Of a stretch of DNA of 61,769 nt, positions 1 through 11,075 are shown piece after piece (the stretch's first letter is position 1; each line of letters starts with the position of its first letter). The stretch spans positions 18,605,103 to 18,666,871 of the forward strand of contig NC_057746.1 of assembly GCF_004010195.1 (NCBI RefSeq), read 5' to 3'. Under the pieces are notes generated by a model. That model was not told the DNA's origin. It was given only the letters and a program-made list of their open reading frames with translations, and searched no databases. The DNA is from Chiloscyllium plagiosum. Lineage: Eukaryota. A program made the translations under genes and the position numbers.

Positions 1-191
1 GGTGTTTGACTTTGTCAAATTAAGTACCAAAGCACTAATATTTTACACTTCTGATTCAAGTCTGGTAAGACTTCTGCGGAACTGATTGAAACATGGACTC
101 CATTTCTTCCCCCCCGCCCCGATCCTGTCAGTCCTGCTGAGTTTCTCTAGCACTTTCTGTCTGTTTTCCGCCAGCCGCAGCTTTATGGTAT

Positions 192-380
192 AGAGGTCGA
201 ATATTTCACTTACTTGTCACGACCACTGTAGTCCCTGTTCCATAGGCGTCACCCACTCCCACGAGTACAATTTTGAGATATAGAAAGAGGTCGAATATTT
301 CACTTACTTGTCACGACCACTGTAGTCCCTGTTCCATAGGCGTCACCCACTCCCACGAGTACAATTTTGCAGATATAGAA
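192..380. repeat. Tandem duplication (94/95 bp) of the 3' end of the V exon plus splice donor
   Basis: 192-285 and 286-380 are identical except for one base (ttttgagata vs ttttgcagata). Confidence 0.95.
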
Positions 381-649
381 CCCGGTGTCCTCTGCTTTCA
401 GATCGATGATTCTGATCGAAGCGTCTCTCCTCTCCCTGAAATCCTCTTGACTAGCCGCGGCCACTTGGCCTCGGAACTCCGGTGTGTTGTTGGAGACTTC
501 TCTCCCCTGTGCAATGCCTCCCCTGTACCACGTGTAACCGCCGATAACACTGGGCCCCTGATACCAACAGCCCAGGCGCGCTGTCTCACCGGGCTCTTTA
601 CTGAGAATTTCCGGGCTTTGAATGACTGTGATATTGCCAACAGCAGCTG
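308..649 (-). CDS. NCR3: NKp30/NCR3-like receptor, VJ-type Ig V-domain exon (phase 1-1); downstream exons lie left of the window
   Basis: Minus-strand 342-nt exon from acceptor tttgcAG (651-650) to donor GTaagt (307-302). It translates without stops as (A)AAVGNITVIQSPEILSKEPGETARLGCWYQGPSVIGGYTWYRGGIAQGREVSNNTPEFRGQVAAASQEDFRERRDASIRIIDLKAEDTGFYICKIVLVGVGDAYGTGTTVVVT. It has V-set C/W/DxGxYxC and a germline-joined J-like GxGT strand. It matches recalled human NKp30 motifs IGSVTWFR, GKEVRNGTPEFRG and VEVLGLGVGTGNGTRLVV. Confidence 0.9.
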
Positions 650-736
650 CTGCAAATGGTTAAAGTAAACGAGTTATGGGGTGAGCTGCACGTTGTATGA
701 AAATTATTGCGTACTGCATCAAGCGGGAGCGCTCAC

Positions 737-774
737 GTCCTACAAATGAACCCTTTCAAAATTAACCATGTCAT
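737..774 (-). CDS. NCR3: Candidate leader exon of the NKp30-like gene (MTWLILKGFI...)
   Basis: ATG at 774, about 90 bp upstream of the V acceptor; MTWLIL resembles human NKp30 MAWMLL. The strong donor GTGAGC (736) gives phase 2, a mismatch. A weak donor GTAGGA (743) gives the required phase 1 and the leader MTWLILKGFISAAVG. Confidence 0.5.
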
Positions 775-826
775 TCTGAAGCACACATCGCCAATCTTCC
801 AAATCCATAGGTAATTCAGAGGCATT

Positions 827-972
827 TGGATGGGTATATGAATAGGAAGGGTTTGGAGGGATATGGGCCAAGTGCTGGCAGGTGGGACTAGATTGGGTTG
901 GGATATCTGGTCGGCATGGACGGGTTGGACCGAAGGGTCAGTTTCCGTGCTGTACATCTCTGTGACTCTATG
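827..972 (+). mobile_element. CR1/HER1-type LINE 3' fragment
   Basis: catttggatgggtatatgaataggaagggtttggagggatatgggcc...gactctatg tail, shared with many copies in the window. Confidence 0.85.
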
Positions 973-1446
973 TGTTCACAGCAGCAAGTTAATAGGTCGC
1001 TATATACTTAGGAGAACATGGACTTCAATGGAGTACTATAGACAGCATACAGACGCTGTGGTCAGTTGGTTCATCCGATTACAGTATTGTACTCGAAATA
1101 CAGGTCATCTAATTTAACAAGTGGACTGTGACAAGCAAATGACTTTCGAGCAATGTACAATCAAACTTCTGTTATAGAAATTCCCACCCTACCTTTAAAT
1201 TTGTATCTGAATATTAACATCTATTGCTCATCAATCTCATATTACTATCGGTTAAAACTCATCATCTTTGTTATTGGTTCCATGTACAAATGACTATTGA
1301 TCGGTCTTATTCCAAGTCAAGGCAAAACGGCGAGGATTCTATCTCTGCCACTTATGACGAAATGTTTGTCATGCCCCGTTCCACCGCCGCAGAAACTACC
1401 CTCACCCCGTTTATTCCAAAATTCAAACATCACCCAAAAAAACCCC

Positions 1447-1660
1447 AGAGAACTGCGAATGCTGGAAATCTGAAACAAAATCGAAACAAAAACGAAATTG
1501 CTGGACAAACTCAACAGGTCTGACAGCATCTGTGGAGAGAAAGTAGAGTTAATGTGATATATGTTCTGAAAAAGGGTCCCTCGACCCAAAGCATTAACTC
1601 TGCCTTCTCTCCACAGACGCTGCCAGACCTACTGAGGTTTTCCAGGAATTTTTGATTTGA
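1447..1660. mobile_element. Palindromic short Penelope-related/MER6-like element with decayed hammerhead core
   Basis: Inverted arms (caggtctgacagcatctgtggagagaa / ttctctccacagacgctgccagacct) around ttctgaaaaagggtccctcgacccaaagc. Confidence 0.6.
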
Positions 1661-1960
1661 CTCAAATATTAGCGTGGTGCTTATTTGCTCACTGGAAGAG
1701 CTCGACTTTGCTCTTTTTCGGCTATTACATTGACAAATGTGTCCCTTGGTGTGCAAATAGACATGATCTGTATGTTACAAAGCTTGGTACAAGGTGTTGA
1801 CACCATCTTGGCTCCAATTTCTAATAATCCAATTATTTTACCTTCTTTGCTCTGTTACATTAATTGCACGTCGTTAATTACTTTTTCAACAACTAAGGCT
1901 TAAGAAGAATGCAAAAAAAATGTGATTCTCACATTGCTACTTTCTGTATTACTTCATTGT

Positions 1961-2178
1961 TAAAAAATCACACGATACCAGGTTATAGTCCAACAGGCTT
2001 AATTGGAAGCACTAGCTTTCGGAGAGACGCTCCTTCATCAGATACCTGATCAACCCCCTGATGAAGGAGCGCCGCTCCGAAGGCTAGTGCTTCCAATTAA
2101 CCCTGTCGGACTATAACCTGGCGTTGTGTGGTTTTTAACTTTGTACAGCCCAGTCCATCACCGCCATCTCCAAATCAT
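1961..2178. mobile_element. Palindromic hammerhead-bearing Penelope-related element with 13-bp TSD
   Basis: Inverted arms of about 85 bp, each with a CTGATGA-AGGAGC..CTCC-GAA(A/G)GCTAGTG motif; attacttcattgt duplicated at 1948-1960 and 2177-2189. Confidence 0.8.
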
Positions 2179-3006
2179 TACTTCATTGTGTGTTTTGCCT
2201 GTGGGGTCATTGACAAACGATAGAGTTCAGGATTCCAGGTTGATGGTTTTCGCAATTATTCGACTGTATAGATTTGACGTCGGTATATTTCTCTACGGAA
2301 TGAATCATTTCAAAATCTGGGAGAATGCTTCCTGGCCTGAAATTCATGGCGCTGTTCTGAGGAGGAAGTGAGCTGAGCAACAGTCATGCAAGACAAATAA
2401 TAATCGAATAGCAATCGTAGAGATGCATATTTTAGCGCCTATTTACGTATCCAGGTTCCATCATTAACACCAAGGATGTTTGACTTCGACAAGTGAGCGT
2501 AAATAGCTAAGCACGACAACAGTATTATGCTACATTTCTGAATCAAGTCTTACATAACCCCGATTGTACTGGCTTCCTCCCTCTTCCGTCGTGTAAAATA
2601 TAAAAAGGTTTGTACACCCGTACGAATATGTTCAGGAACAGCTTCTTCCCCGCTGTTGTCATTAGAATTCTGAACAGACCTCTCACATTTTAACTGTAAT
2701 GTTGATCTTGCTCTCTGTGCACCTTCTCTGCAGCTGTGACATTGTACTTTACCATTGTCTTACCCTGATGGACTTTGCAGGGCCTGTACTGCGCCGACAG
2801 CAAAACCTCTCACCGTACTCAGGCACATGTGACGATAGTAAATCAAATTAAACCAAAATATGACTTCTTCGGAACTGAAGAGCTACTTTCAGTCTTGAAA
2901 CATTGACTCTGTTTCTCTCTTCACAGATGTTATCTGTTCAGCTGAGTTTCTGATTTCTTTTTTTTTAATGCTACATTTCAGTGATTCGCACCTACCATCC
3001 TGCATT

Positions 3007-3558
3007 AGGGCGGGCACGGTGGCACTGTGGTTAGCACTGCTACCTCACAACGCCAGAGTCCCATGTTCGATTCTAGCCTTGGGAATGTAGAGTTTGCACA
3101 TTCTCCTCGTGTCTCCTCCCGCCATCCAAAGATTACATTATTTGTGGTATGGAAACAGGCCCTTCGGGCCAACAAGTCCACGCAGAAGTGCAACCCACCC
3201 AGACCCATTCCCCTACATTTACCCCTTATCTAACACTACGGCTAATTCACCTAACCTGCACGTTTTTGGACTGTGGGAGGAAACCGGAGCACCCGGAGGA
3301 AACCCACGCAGACACGGGGAGAACGTGCAAACTCCACACTGACAGGAATTGAACCCAGGTCTCTGGTGCTGTGAGGCAGCAGTGCTAACCATTGTGCCGC
3401 CCACGAGTGCTGCCATGTGCAGGTCAAGTGAATCGGTCATGTTAAATTGCCCATTAGTCAGAGGGAGTTGGGTCTGGGTGGGTTACTCTTCAGAGAGTCG
3501 GTGTGGACGAATTGGGCCGAAGGGCCTGTTTCCACACTGTAGGGAATCTAATCTAATC
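3007..3558. mobile_element. Nested HE1-type tRNA-derived SINEs (minus-strand copy inside a plus-strand copy)
   Basis: Plus-strand head ggcacggtggc...gtggttagcactgct (3007-3130), minus copy about 3145-3402, plus-strand tail with ctaatctaatc (3415-3558). Confidence 0.85.
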
Positions 3559-4155
3559 CACTATCTGAATGAATAGCTTTGCTTCACACGCGTCCTTACC
3601 TGTGATCATTGTCATGGTCCAGCTTTTCCCAGTAAAGTGGCTGAAATTCATGGCGCTGTTCTAAGGAGGAGGTAAGCTGCGCAACAGTCGTGCAACACAA
3701 ATAATAATCATCGAGATGCGTATAAACGGCATGGAAAGCATTGCGCAACATCCTGACAACCGCGCAGGGGACTTCGGAGGCGGCGTGGCTGCAGGCTCGG
3801 TCAGCCTGTGAAGGTCCGAGCCCGAGCTGGGATGTCTGGAGCGGGCAACTCCTGGCGGCGAGGCGTCCCTGAAGGAAAGTTTGAACTCTTCTTATTTCAA
3901 TTCAGACTCTTTTTAAGTTATATTTTATTTATTTTTACTTAAAGTTAATGTGAATGACGCTTATACACAGCGATGGCGCAAGTTTTTCACTTTATCTTAT
4001 ACTGAAATACATACTCTCTTCCAATTTCTCTCTCTCTCTCTTTTCCGGAAATAAGCTAAGTTGAAGTCAGCAATTTTTCGTTTTGCGATTTCTAGTCCTT
4101 GGCCCATATGTTTTGTGTCGTAGATCAGTTGTAACTACAATGAAACCCTACTTAA

Positions 4156-4465
4156 GACCATAAGACATAGGAGCGGAAGTAAGGCCATTCGGCCCATCGA
4201 GTCCACTCCGCCATTCAATATGGCTGATGGGCATTTCAACTCCACTTACCCGCATTCTCCCCGTAGCCCTTACTTCCTTGTGATATCAAGAATTTATCAA
4301 TTTCTGCCTTGAAGACATTTAGCGTCCCAGCCTCCACTGCACTCTGTGGCAATGAATTCCACAGGCCCACCACTCTCTGGCTGAAGAAATGTCTCCGCAT
4401 TTCTGTTCTGAATTTACCCCCTCTAATTCTAAGGCTGTGTCCACGGGTCCTACTCTCCTCGCCTA
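4156..4465 (-). mobile_element. CR1 LINE 3' fragment
   Basis: agaccataagacataggag...ggccattcggccc tail; the reverse strand encodes the CR1 ORF2 C-terminal FFSQRVVGLWNSLP motif. Confidence 0.8.
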
Positions 4466-4808
4466 CTTGTTTGGCTACGCCAAACTCACATTTATTGCAA
4501 TCACTTGGTTAATACAATATCTAAATAAGATAGTGTAACTTAACATTTGATACTTCCATGGAGAGTAACAGTCACGTGACTCCTTTATGTTATGTCGGAT
4601 GATTGATTTGCTTTGAGAGCACCCATTTTGATTTTTTTAGTTTGGGAGCACAGATCATAAGATTTCAACAAGCACTTTGCTGTTCTGTAGAATTTTGCAT
4701 TTTCCACTCGACACTTCTACAGCATAATTATAATTTTTGTATGTGCAGTGAATTCGTTATGGGAGGCTAGATCGCGTGGTCACCCGTTAAGTTCACGGAC
4801 AGTGATGG

Positions 4809-5098
4809 GATTAGATTAGATTTACAGTGTGGAAACAGGCCCTTCGGCCCAACAAGTCCACACCCACCCGCCGAAGCGCAACCCACCCATTCCCCTACAT
4901 TTACCCCTTTACCTAACACTACGTGCAATTTAGCATGGCCAATTCACCTGACCTGCACATCTTTGGACTGTGGGAGGAAACCGGAGCACCCGGAGGAAAC
5001 CCACGCAGACACGGGGAGAACGTGCAAACTCCACACAGTCAGTCGCCTGAGGCGGGTCTCTGGTGCTTTGAGGCAGCAGTGCTAACCACTGTGCCACT
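4809..5098 (-). mobile_element. HE1-type SINE
   Basis: (gatta)n tail, V-SINE core ggaggaaaccggagcacccggaggaaacccacgcagacacgggg, tRNA-like head. Confidence 0.9.
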
Positions 5099-5536
5099 GA
5101 AGAAAGATGCAGCTGACCTAAGCCAGTATAGTTCACCAAATGGAGGGGTAGATATAATTGGCTCCGATTACCCCAAATACGAAAATGGAGGCCTGCCAAG
5201 TGTCCAGTTCCTGAGAGAGCAGAATTATTGTCATGTTCATTTACGAGTCAGGTGGATAGTTTATGTATAATTGTTGCGCAATTTACTGTGGCTCTGTGGC
5301 TTCAATACTGTTAAACATCTTTCTGAAATAGTTACCCAAACTAATATTCAGTCTGCGGCTTCCTGAATGAAATCAGTGTTGTTACAATATTTGCAAAGCC
5401 AGCAGCACTCGAGCTGTACCAAACCAGAAAATGCTGGGAAAGCTCAGCCGGTCTGGCAACATCTGTGCAGAGAAATCAGTGTTAACTTTTCGGGTCCGCT
5501 GACCCTTACAGCACAGGAGTTGTACTAACTTTGTAG

Positions 5537-6515
5537 GAGAGAGTGAGGACTGCAGGTGCTGGAGATCAGAATCAAAAAGTGTGGCGCCCAGCCGGTCAGG
5601 CAGCATCCCAGGAGCAGGAGAGTGGGTGTTTTGAGCATAAGCTCTTCATCCAGAAAGTGGGGGGTAGAAGAGAGGCAAGGGGACTGAGAGATAAATGGGA
5701 GAAGGCTGGGGCTGGGAGAAGGTAGATGGTGATAGGTCGGAGTGGAGTGTAGAGTGGATAGATGGGAAGGAAGATGGACAAATAAGACAGTTCAAGAGGG
5801 CAGTGCTGAGTTGGAGGGTTGAGTCTGGGATAAGGTTGGGGGAGGGGAGATTAGGAAACTGATGAAATCAACATTGATTCCGAGTGGTTGGACGGTCTCA
5901 AGGTGGAAGATGAGGTGCTCTTCTTCCAGTCATTGGTGACTAGGATGTGGCTGTGGAGGAGGCTCAGGACTTGCATGCCCTTGGCGGAGTGGGAGAGGGA
6001 GCTGATGTGATCTTACAGGGTGATGGGGTTATTTAGTCCGGGTGTACCAGAGATATCCTCTGAAATATTCTGCAAGTTTGCTCCTGTCTCCCCAATGTAG
6101 AGGACACCACATGAGAGCAACAGACACAGCAGATGAGGTGTTTGGATGTGCAGGAAAATCTCTGCCGGATGTGGAATGACCCTTTGGGGCCTTGAATGGA
6201 GGTGGGGGGGGGGGTGGGAGGTGTGGGCGCAGGTTTTACACCTCTTGTGGTGGCAAGGGAAGGTGCTGGGAGTGGACGGTGGGTTGGTGGAGGGCATGGA
6301 CTTAACTAAGGAGTCAAGGATGGAATGGTCTCTGCGGAATGCTGAGAGGGATGGGGAGGGAAATATATTTCTGGTGGAGGGGTCTGACTGTAGGTGGCGG
6401 AAATGGCGGAAGATAGTTCATTGCATTCAGAGCCTGATGGGGTGGAACGTGAGGACCGGGGTGGGTTCTGTCCTTGTTGCAGTTGGAAGGGTGGTTTTCA
6501 AGGGCAGGGGCGCGG
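5537..6515 (-). mobile_element. Penelope-like retroelement fragment (GIY-YIG endonuclease region plus terminal repeat)
   Basis: Frameshifted CKTCAH...CGVLYIGETG motifs typical of the Penelope Uri/GIY-YIG domain; terminal sequence shared with the short hammerhead elements. Confidence 0.85.
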
Positions 6516-6944
6516 GAAGGGGACTTCCTCAAAAAACTTCAACTATTTTCATGAGATGTGATTCAATCTTTTTTATGAATCCAAGTCGATGTGCTGCAAA
6601 GACCAAAATGATTTGAGTGCAGTAATTCTGTCTATCAATGCATATTGTAATAATTCGACATTTGCCTCGAACAAAGATCAGTAATTTTCTACAGGAATCA
6701 TCGAAACATCAGATAGTACTCCACCAGACATCCTTCACTTCAGTGAGAGGTACCCACTTCCTCAAAAGTCTCACTGGTTTCTCGCCATGTTATTTTCAGT
6801 AGAATGGATTTTTAACGTAATATTCTGTAAAACGTCTCAAATGGATGACACAACGCGATTTTCTTTGACATGCCTATAAGTGGCACACTGATAATTTAGG
6901 AATGGGGCAATGCATGTGTGAATCCGAAGGACATTCGCATAGTG

Positions 6945-8635
6945 TTAAGTGAGTGCTTCACATCTGTCTTTACGAGGGAGCAGGACGGTACTAATACAGT
7001 ATTCCAGAAGATGGACTTTGAAGCTCTTCAGCAAAATGAGTGAAGAGGTTTTTGAAGGTTTTCCCAGCTTTAAAAGGAGACAAATCCCTAGATTTGTATT
7101 CCAGTCTAATATGGGAGATGTAGGAGGACATTATATGGGCTCTGACCCAAAGGTTTAAGTCACCTCTGGCTACAGTGGAGGTACCAGAGGACTGAGGGAC
7201 AACTAATGTGCTCCATTTTGCAAGGAAGGTTGAGATAGACCAAGGAATTACAGACCAGGAAGTCGAACATCAGTGGTAGGAAAACTATTCTAGAAAATAC
7301 TGAAAGATAAAATTATTCTTTTTTTTTCAAGAAGGTGTTTGTGTAAGAGTAGGATTGTTGATATTTTATTTTGATTTCAGCACAGTCTTTGGCAAAGTCC
7401 CTTATTGGAAACCGATAAGAAAGGTAAAAGCGAATGGATCCAAAATTGACTTAGTGACAGGGAACAGAGAATGGTGGTAGAAGGCTGTTTGTGGGATTGG
7501 AGCCCGTTGTGCAGTCGTGTACCACAGGGATCATTGCTGGATCCTTTACTATTTGTAACACTTATGAGGAATTTAGTTAAGAATCTAGAAGGGAAATGTC
7601 AAATAAGTTTGCAGATAACACAAAGGTTGGCGAGATTGTTAGCAGAGGGGTAAAGTGTTAGGGTACAAGAGAATGTAATTGGATTGGTCAGATTGACAGA
7701 TCAATGAGTGAATGAAAGTTACCCCTAATAAACATTCCTGAAGAAGGGCTTATGCCCGAAAAGCCGATTCTCTTGCTCTTTGGATGCTGCCTGACCTGCT
7801 GCGCTTTTCCAGCAACACATTTTCAGCTCTGATCTCCAGCATCTGCAGCCCTCACTTTCTCCCCTAATAAACTTGTGCACTGTTGAATAAAGAACAAGAC
7901 AAAGGAATACTCAACGAATGACAGGACACTGGGAAGCTCGGAGTACCAGAGGAATCTTGGGGTCCTTGTCAACAGATCCTTGTACGTGGGAGGAAAGTGT
8001 TAACAGAATAGTTAAGAACGCTTATGGGATGCTTATCTTCATAAGAATGCTGAGTTATATTGAACTCTACATAACTTTGGTAAGGTCACATTTGGAGTAC
8101 TGTGTGCAATTGTGGTCACCACACTATAGGAAGGATGTGATTGTGCTGGAGGGGGTGTAAAGGACATTAACCAGGATGTTGCCTGGGACGGAGCATTTTT
8201 ATTGTGAAGAGAGGCTGGGTAAGCTCAAGCTGTTCTTTTTTGTTTTGGAGTAGCGAAAGTTGAGGGGGGAACCTGATACGATGTGGAAGATTATGAGGGA
8301 CGTGGAGAGGGTGGATGGAAGGCACCAATTAGTTGAAGAGTCAACAACACGGGAACATAAATTTAAAGTGGAAAGCAAGAGATTTAGAGTGAATTTGAGG
8401 GAAAATGTTTTCACCCAGAGGGGGTGGGGTGTGTGCGATGCAGGGTAGTTAATGCTGGAACCCTCACAAACTTTAACAAGTACTTGGGCGAACACTTGAA
8501 GTGTCACCACATTGAAGTCTATGGACTAAGTACCAGAAAATGAGATTCGAGCATGTAGTAGTTTAGTTTTGATGGTGAGGATATGATGGGCAGAAAAACC
8601 TTTTCTCCATCGCAGGACTCTATGATACTATGACA
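6945..8635 (+). mobile_element. Decayed CR1 LINE ORF2 (RT and C-terminus)
   Basis: [38 protein letters not shown] and FTQRG..W motifs with stops and frameshifts. Confidence 0.9.
7734..7860 (+). mobile_element. Short hammerhead-bearing SINE-like element inserted in CR1, 12-bp TSD
   Basis: cCTGAAGAaGGGCttatGCCCGAAA core; cccctaataaac at 7722-7733 and 7861-7872. Confidence 0.8.
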
Positions 8636-10574
8636 TGAAACCTGTGACAAAGATGCCATTTTTGATAATATTATTAACATGCTGAATTTATTAATTTGAT
8701 CACTACATCAGCACGAAACCCTTTAAAAACGTGATGTGTACATATTTTTATTTCTGTATTTAATAATGGTGATGCACCTTGTCAATAGTACCCTTGCATT
8801 GGTCCAGAAGTAGATTCAATGGTTTGGATATGATGATGAGAATGAAGAATGAAAACTCACAAACTTTTATCCATATCTTTGATATAAATACACAAGAGTT
8901 TTCAAGTTAAGTTAGGGGGTGGTTTCACCACTGTATTGTATTTAAAATTAATTCTTCCCAGGGTTCTGACTTGGCTATATGTCATCATCTGTACTTTCGT
9001 GTTGCCATTGGTAAGATTAAACTGTTTCTAAAGTATTTTTAGTTTCTATGCTTTCTACTTGACGGTGTTCTTTAGCGTAACTGGAGCAAAATGATCTTTA
9101 TGAAAGGAAATTCACGTCGAGAACGTGTTGGATTTCAATCGCTTAATTTGTAATTAGAGACGTTTTACACTTTGTCATCAAACCAAAAGAAGTAAAACAG
9201 ACTCATTAATGGTTAATGAGTCCAATCCAATAACCATTGGCTCTGCTAATTGATACTTAACCCTTTCTAATAAATTGATCACAGAACACACAGTAAAGCA
9301 AATAAAGATTGTGGACCCTGGCACTCTGAAATGGCAAATGAAGCATGATGGGAATGCCCAGCAACCGTGGGAAGAAACAAATTTGTCACTTCCGGTTTAG
9401 TTTTCCACGATTCTCCGACAGACCGAATGCTATTGGACCTGATAAAAATGTACAAACCTATAAAAAAGGGAGAGTCTGTGAATCTGAACATAAGGGCAGG
9501 AAACTGTTGGCTTTGCACAGATTCCCTTCAACTGCCACGCTTGAATTCAAGCCCATTGGTGTCAATAGAACAGAATGACAAGTAAATTTAAAACGGTCAG
9601 TCACTGAAATCTGTTTGTTTTGAGCAGTGCAAGTGTCCAATTTCATCAGTAAAATCAGTAAGGCCAGAAATAATAGAGGAACGCTGATATTGAGGCAAAT
9701 GTAAGGTTTGTCGTGTAACGGGGAGTTGCTGTAAATATGGAAAGAGTGAGGGAGATCTAAAGGAGTGCCAAGAGAGAACATGAAAATAGAGGAAGGGAAA
9801 CTAATCGCAAAAGCAAAACTCCATCCTAAATCTAAAGCAGACCAAGACATTGCAACTAATCAAAGACAATAAAATAAATACGTTTCAGAAGACCAAATGC
9901 ATGGGCGAGGTTCCCAATGATTGTATTCCCGAAAGATGCAGACACCTAGCAATGTATCAGCAAAAATAGATATAAATCAGATAGGTTCAAGTAGTTAAAG
10001 ACATGGTGCCCCAAATAATGGTAATTCATAAACGAAAAAAAAAGTATTTTAATTGAGAGGCTGTAGAGGCGATCACGTTGTCATTCGGCTTATTCAATAT
10101 CTTTATTTTTCTGGAAGAGTGTTTGAAGTATCTTGGGTTCTCGGTATTCAAACGTCATCCGAGGCAGATGGTCTGTCTCCAAGTTTCATGACGTAATTGC
10201 GCTGGCGTCAGCCGCAATCTTTCATGTCACTCCTGTCTCAGAGGTGGCTTCAGAGAGTTGCGGTCCTGCACACTGCTCGCCATTGCACAGGGGGTTTTTT
10301 TTCAAAGAGATAGCGCTCTGAATCCACTAGCTAAATACAATCGGGCGAGGGGAACGAATTGCAACAATTCTCAGGAATAAGTATCGCTGGCATTTCGGGA
10401 AGGTATGGACTATGAAATAAAAACCCGCGTTGAATTGGACAAGAAAAATCGTGTTGATTAATTGGTTAAATTCGTTGATTTCAGAGAGTGCAGTGGTGAG
10501 GACAGTGAGGCTGCGGTTTTCCAGATGGGCTTTAATTTGGAATAGATCGCGCAATCAGTGTTTCGACGAAATTA

Positions 10575-11075
10575 ATGTCCGTGGCGTGAATAGCCAAGAT
10601 CTCTTCCCCAGAATAGGGGAGTGCAAAACTAGAGAGCATAGGTTTAAGGTAAGAGGGGAAGGATTTAAAAAGGCAACCTGTTTTTCACGCAGATGGTATA
10701 TGCAATCAGCTGCCAGAGAAAGTGGTGGAGGCTGGTACAATTACAACGTTTAAAAGGTTAAAAATCACACAACACCAGGTTATAGTCCAACAGGTTTAAT
10801 TGGAAGCACAGATGATGAAGGAGCGTCGCTCCGAAAGCTAGTGTGGTTCCAATCCAATTAAACCTGTTTAACTGTAACCTGGTGTTGTGTGATTTTTAAC
10901 TTTGTACACCCCAGTCCAACACCGGTATCTCCAAATCATAACGTTTAAAAGGCATCTGGATGGCTATATGAGTAGGAAGGATTTGGAGAGTCATGGGTCC
11001 AGTGCTGGCAAATGGGAGTAGATTGGGTCGGCATGGACGAGTTGAACCGTAGGGTCTGTTTCCTCTATGACTCCA
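10575..11075 (+). mobile_element. CR1 3' fragment interrupted by a palindromic element
   Basis: LFPRIGECKTREHRFKVRG motif and CR1 3' UTR; interrupted at 10758-10939. Confidence 0.85.
10758..10939. mobile_element. Palindromic hammerhead-bearing element with 13-bp TSD
   Basis: Same family as 1961-2178; aacgtttaaaagg at 10745-10757 and 10940-10952. Confidence 0.85.

Noticed and set aside
273-668. Plus-strand 131-aa ORF with a C1-like LRCVVGDFSP motif
   Set aside because: It is the antisense shadow of the NKp30-like exon and lacks the rest of a C1 domain.
5135-5210. Possible minus-strand TM exon (WQASIFVFGVIG)
   Set aside because: The hydrophobic run is too short and the phase does not fit a post-V exon.
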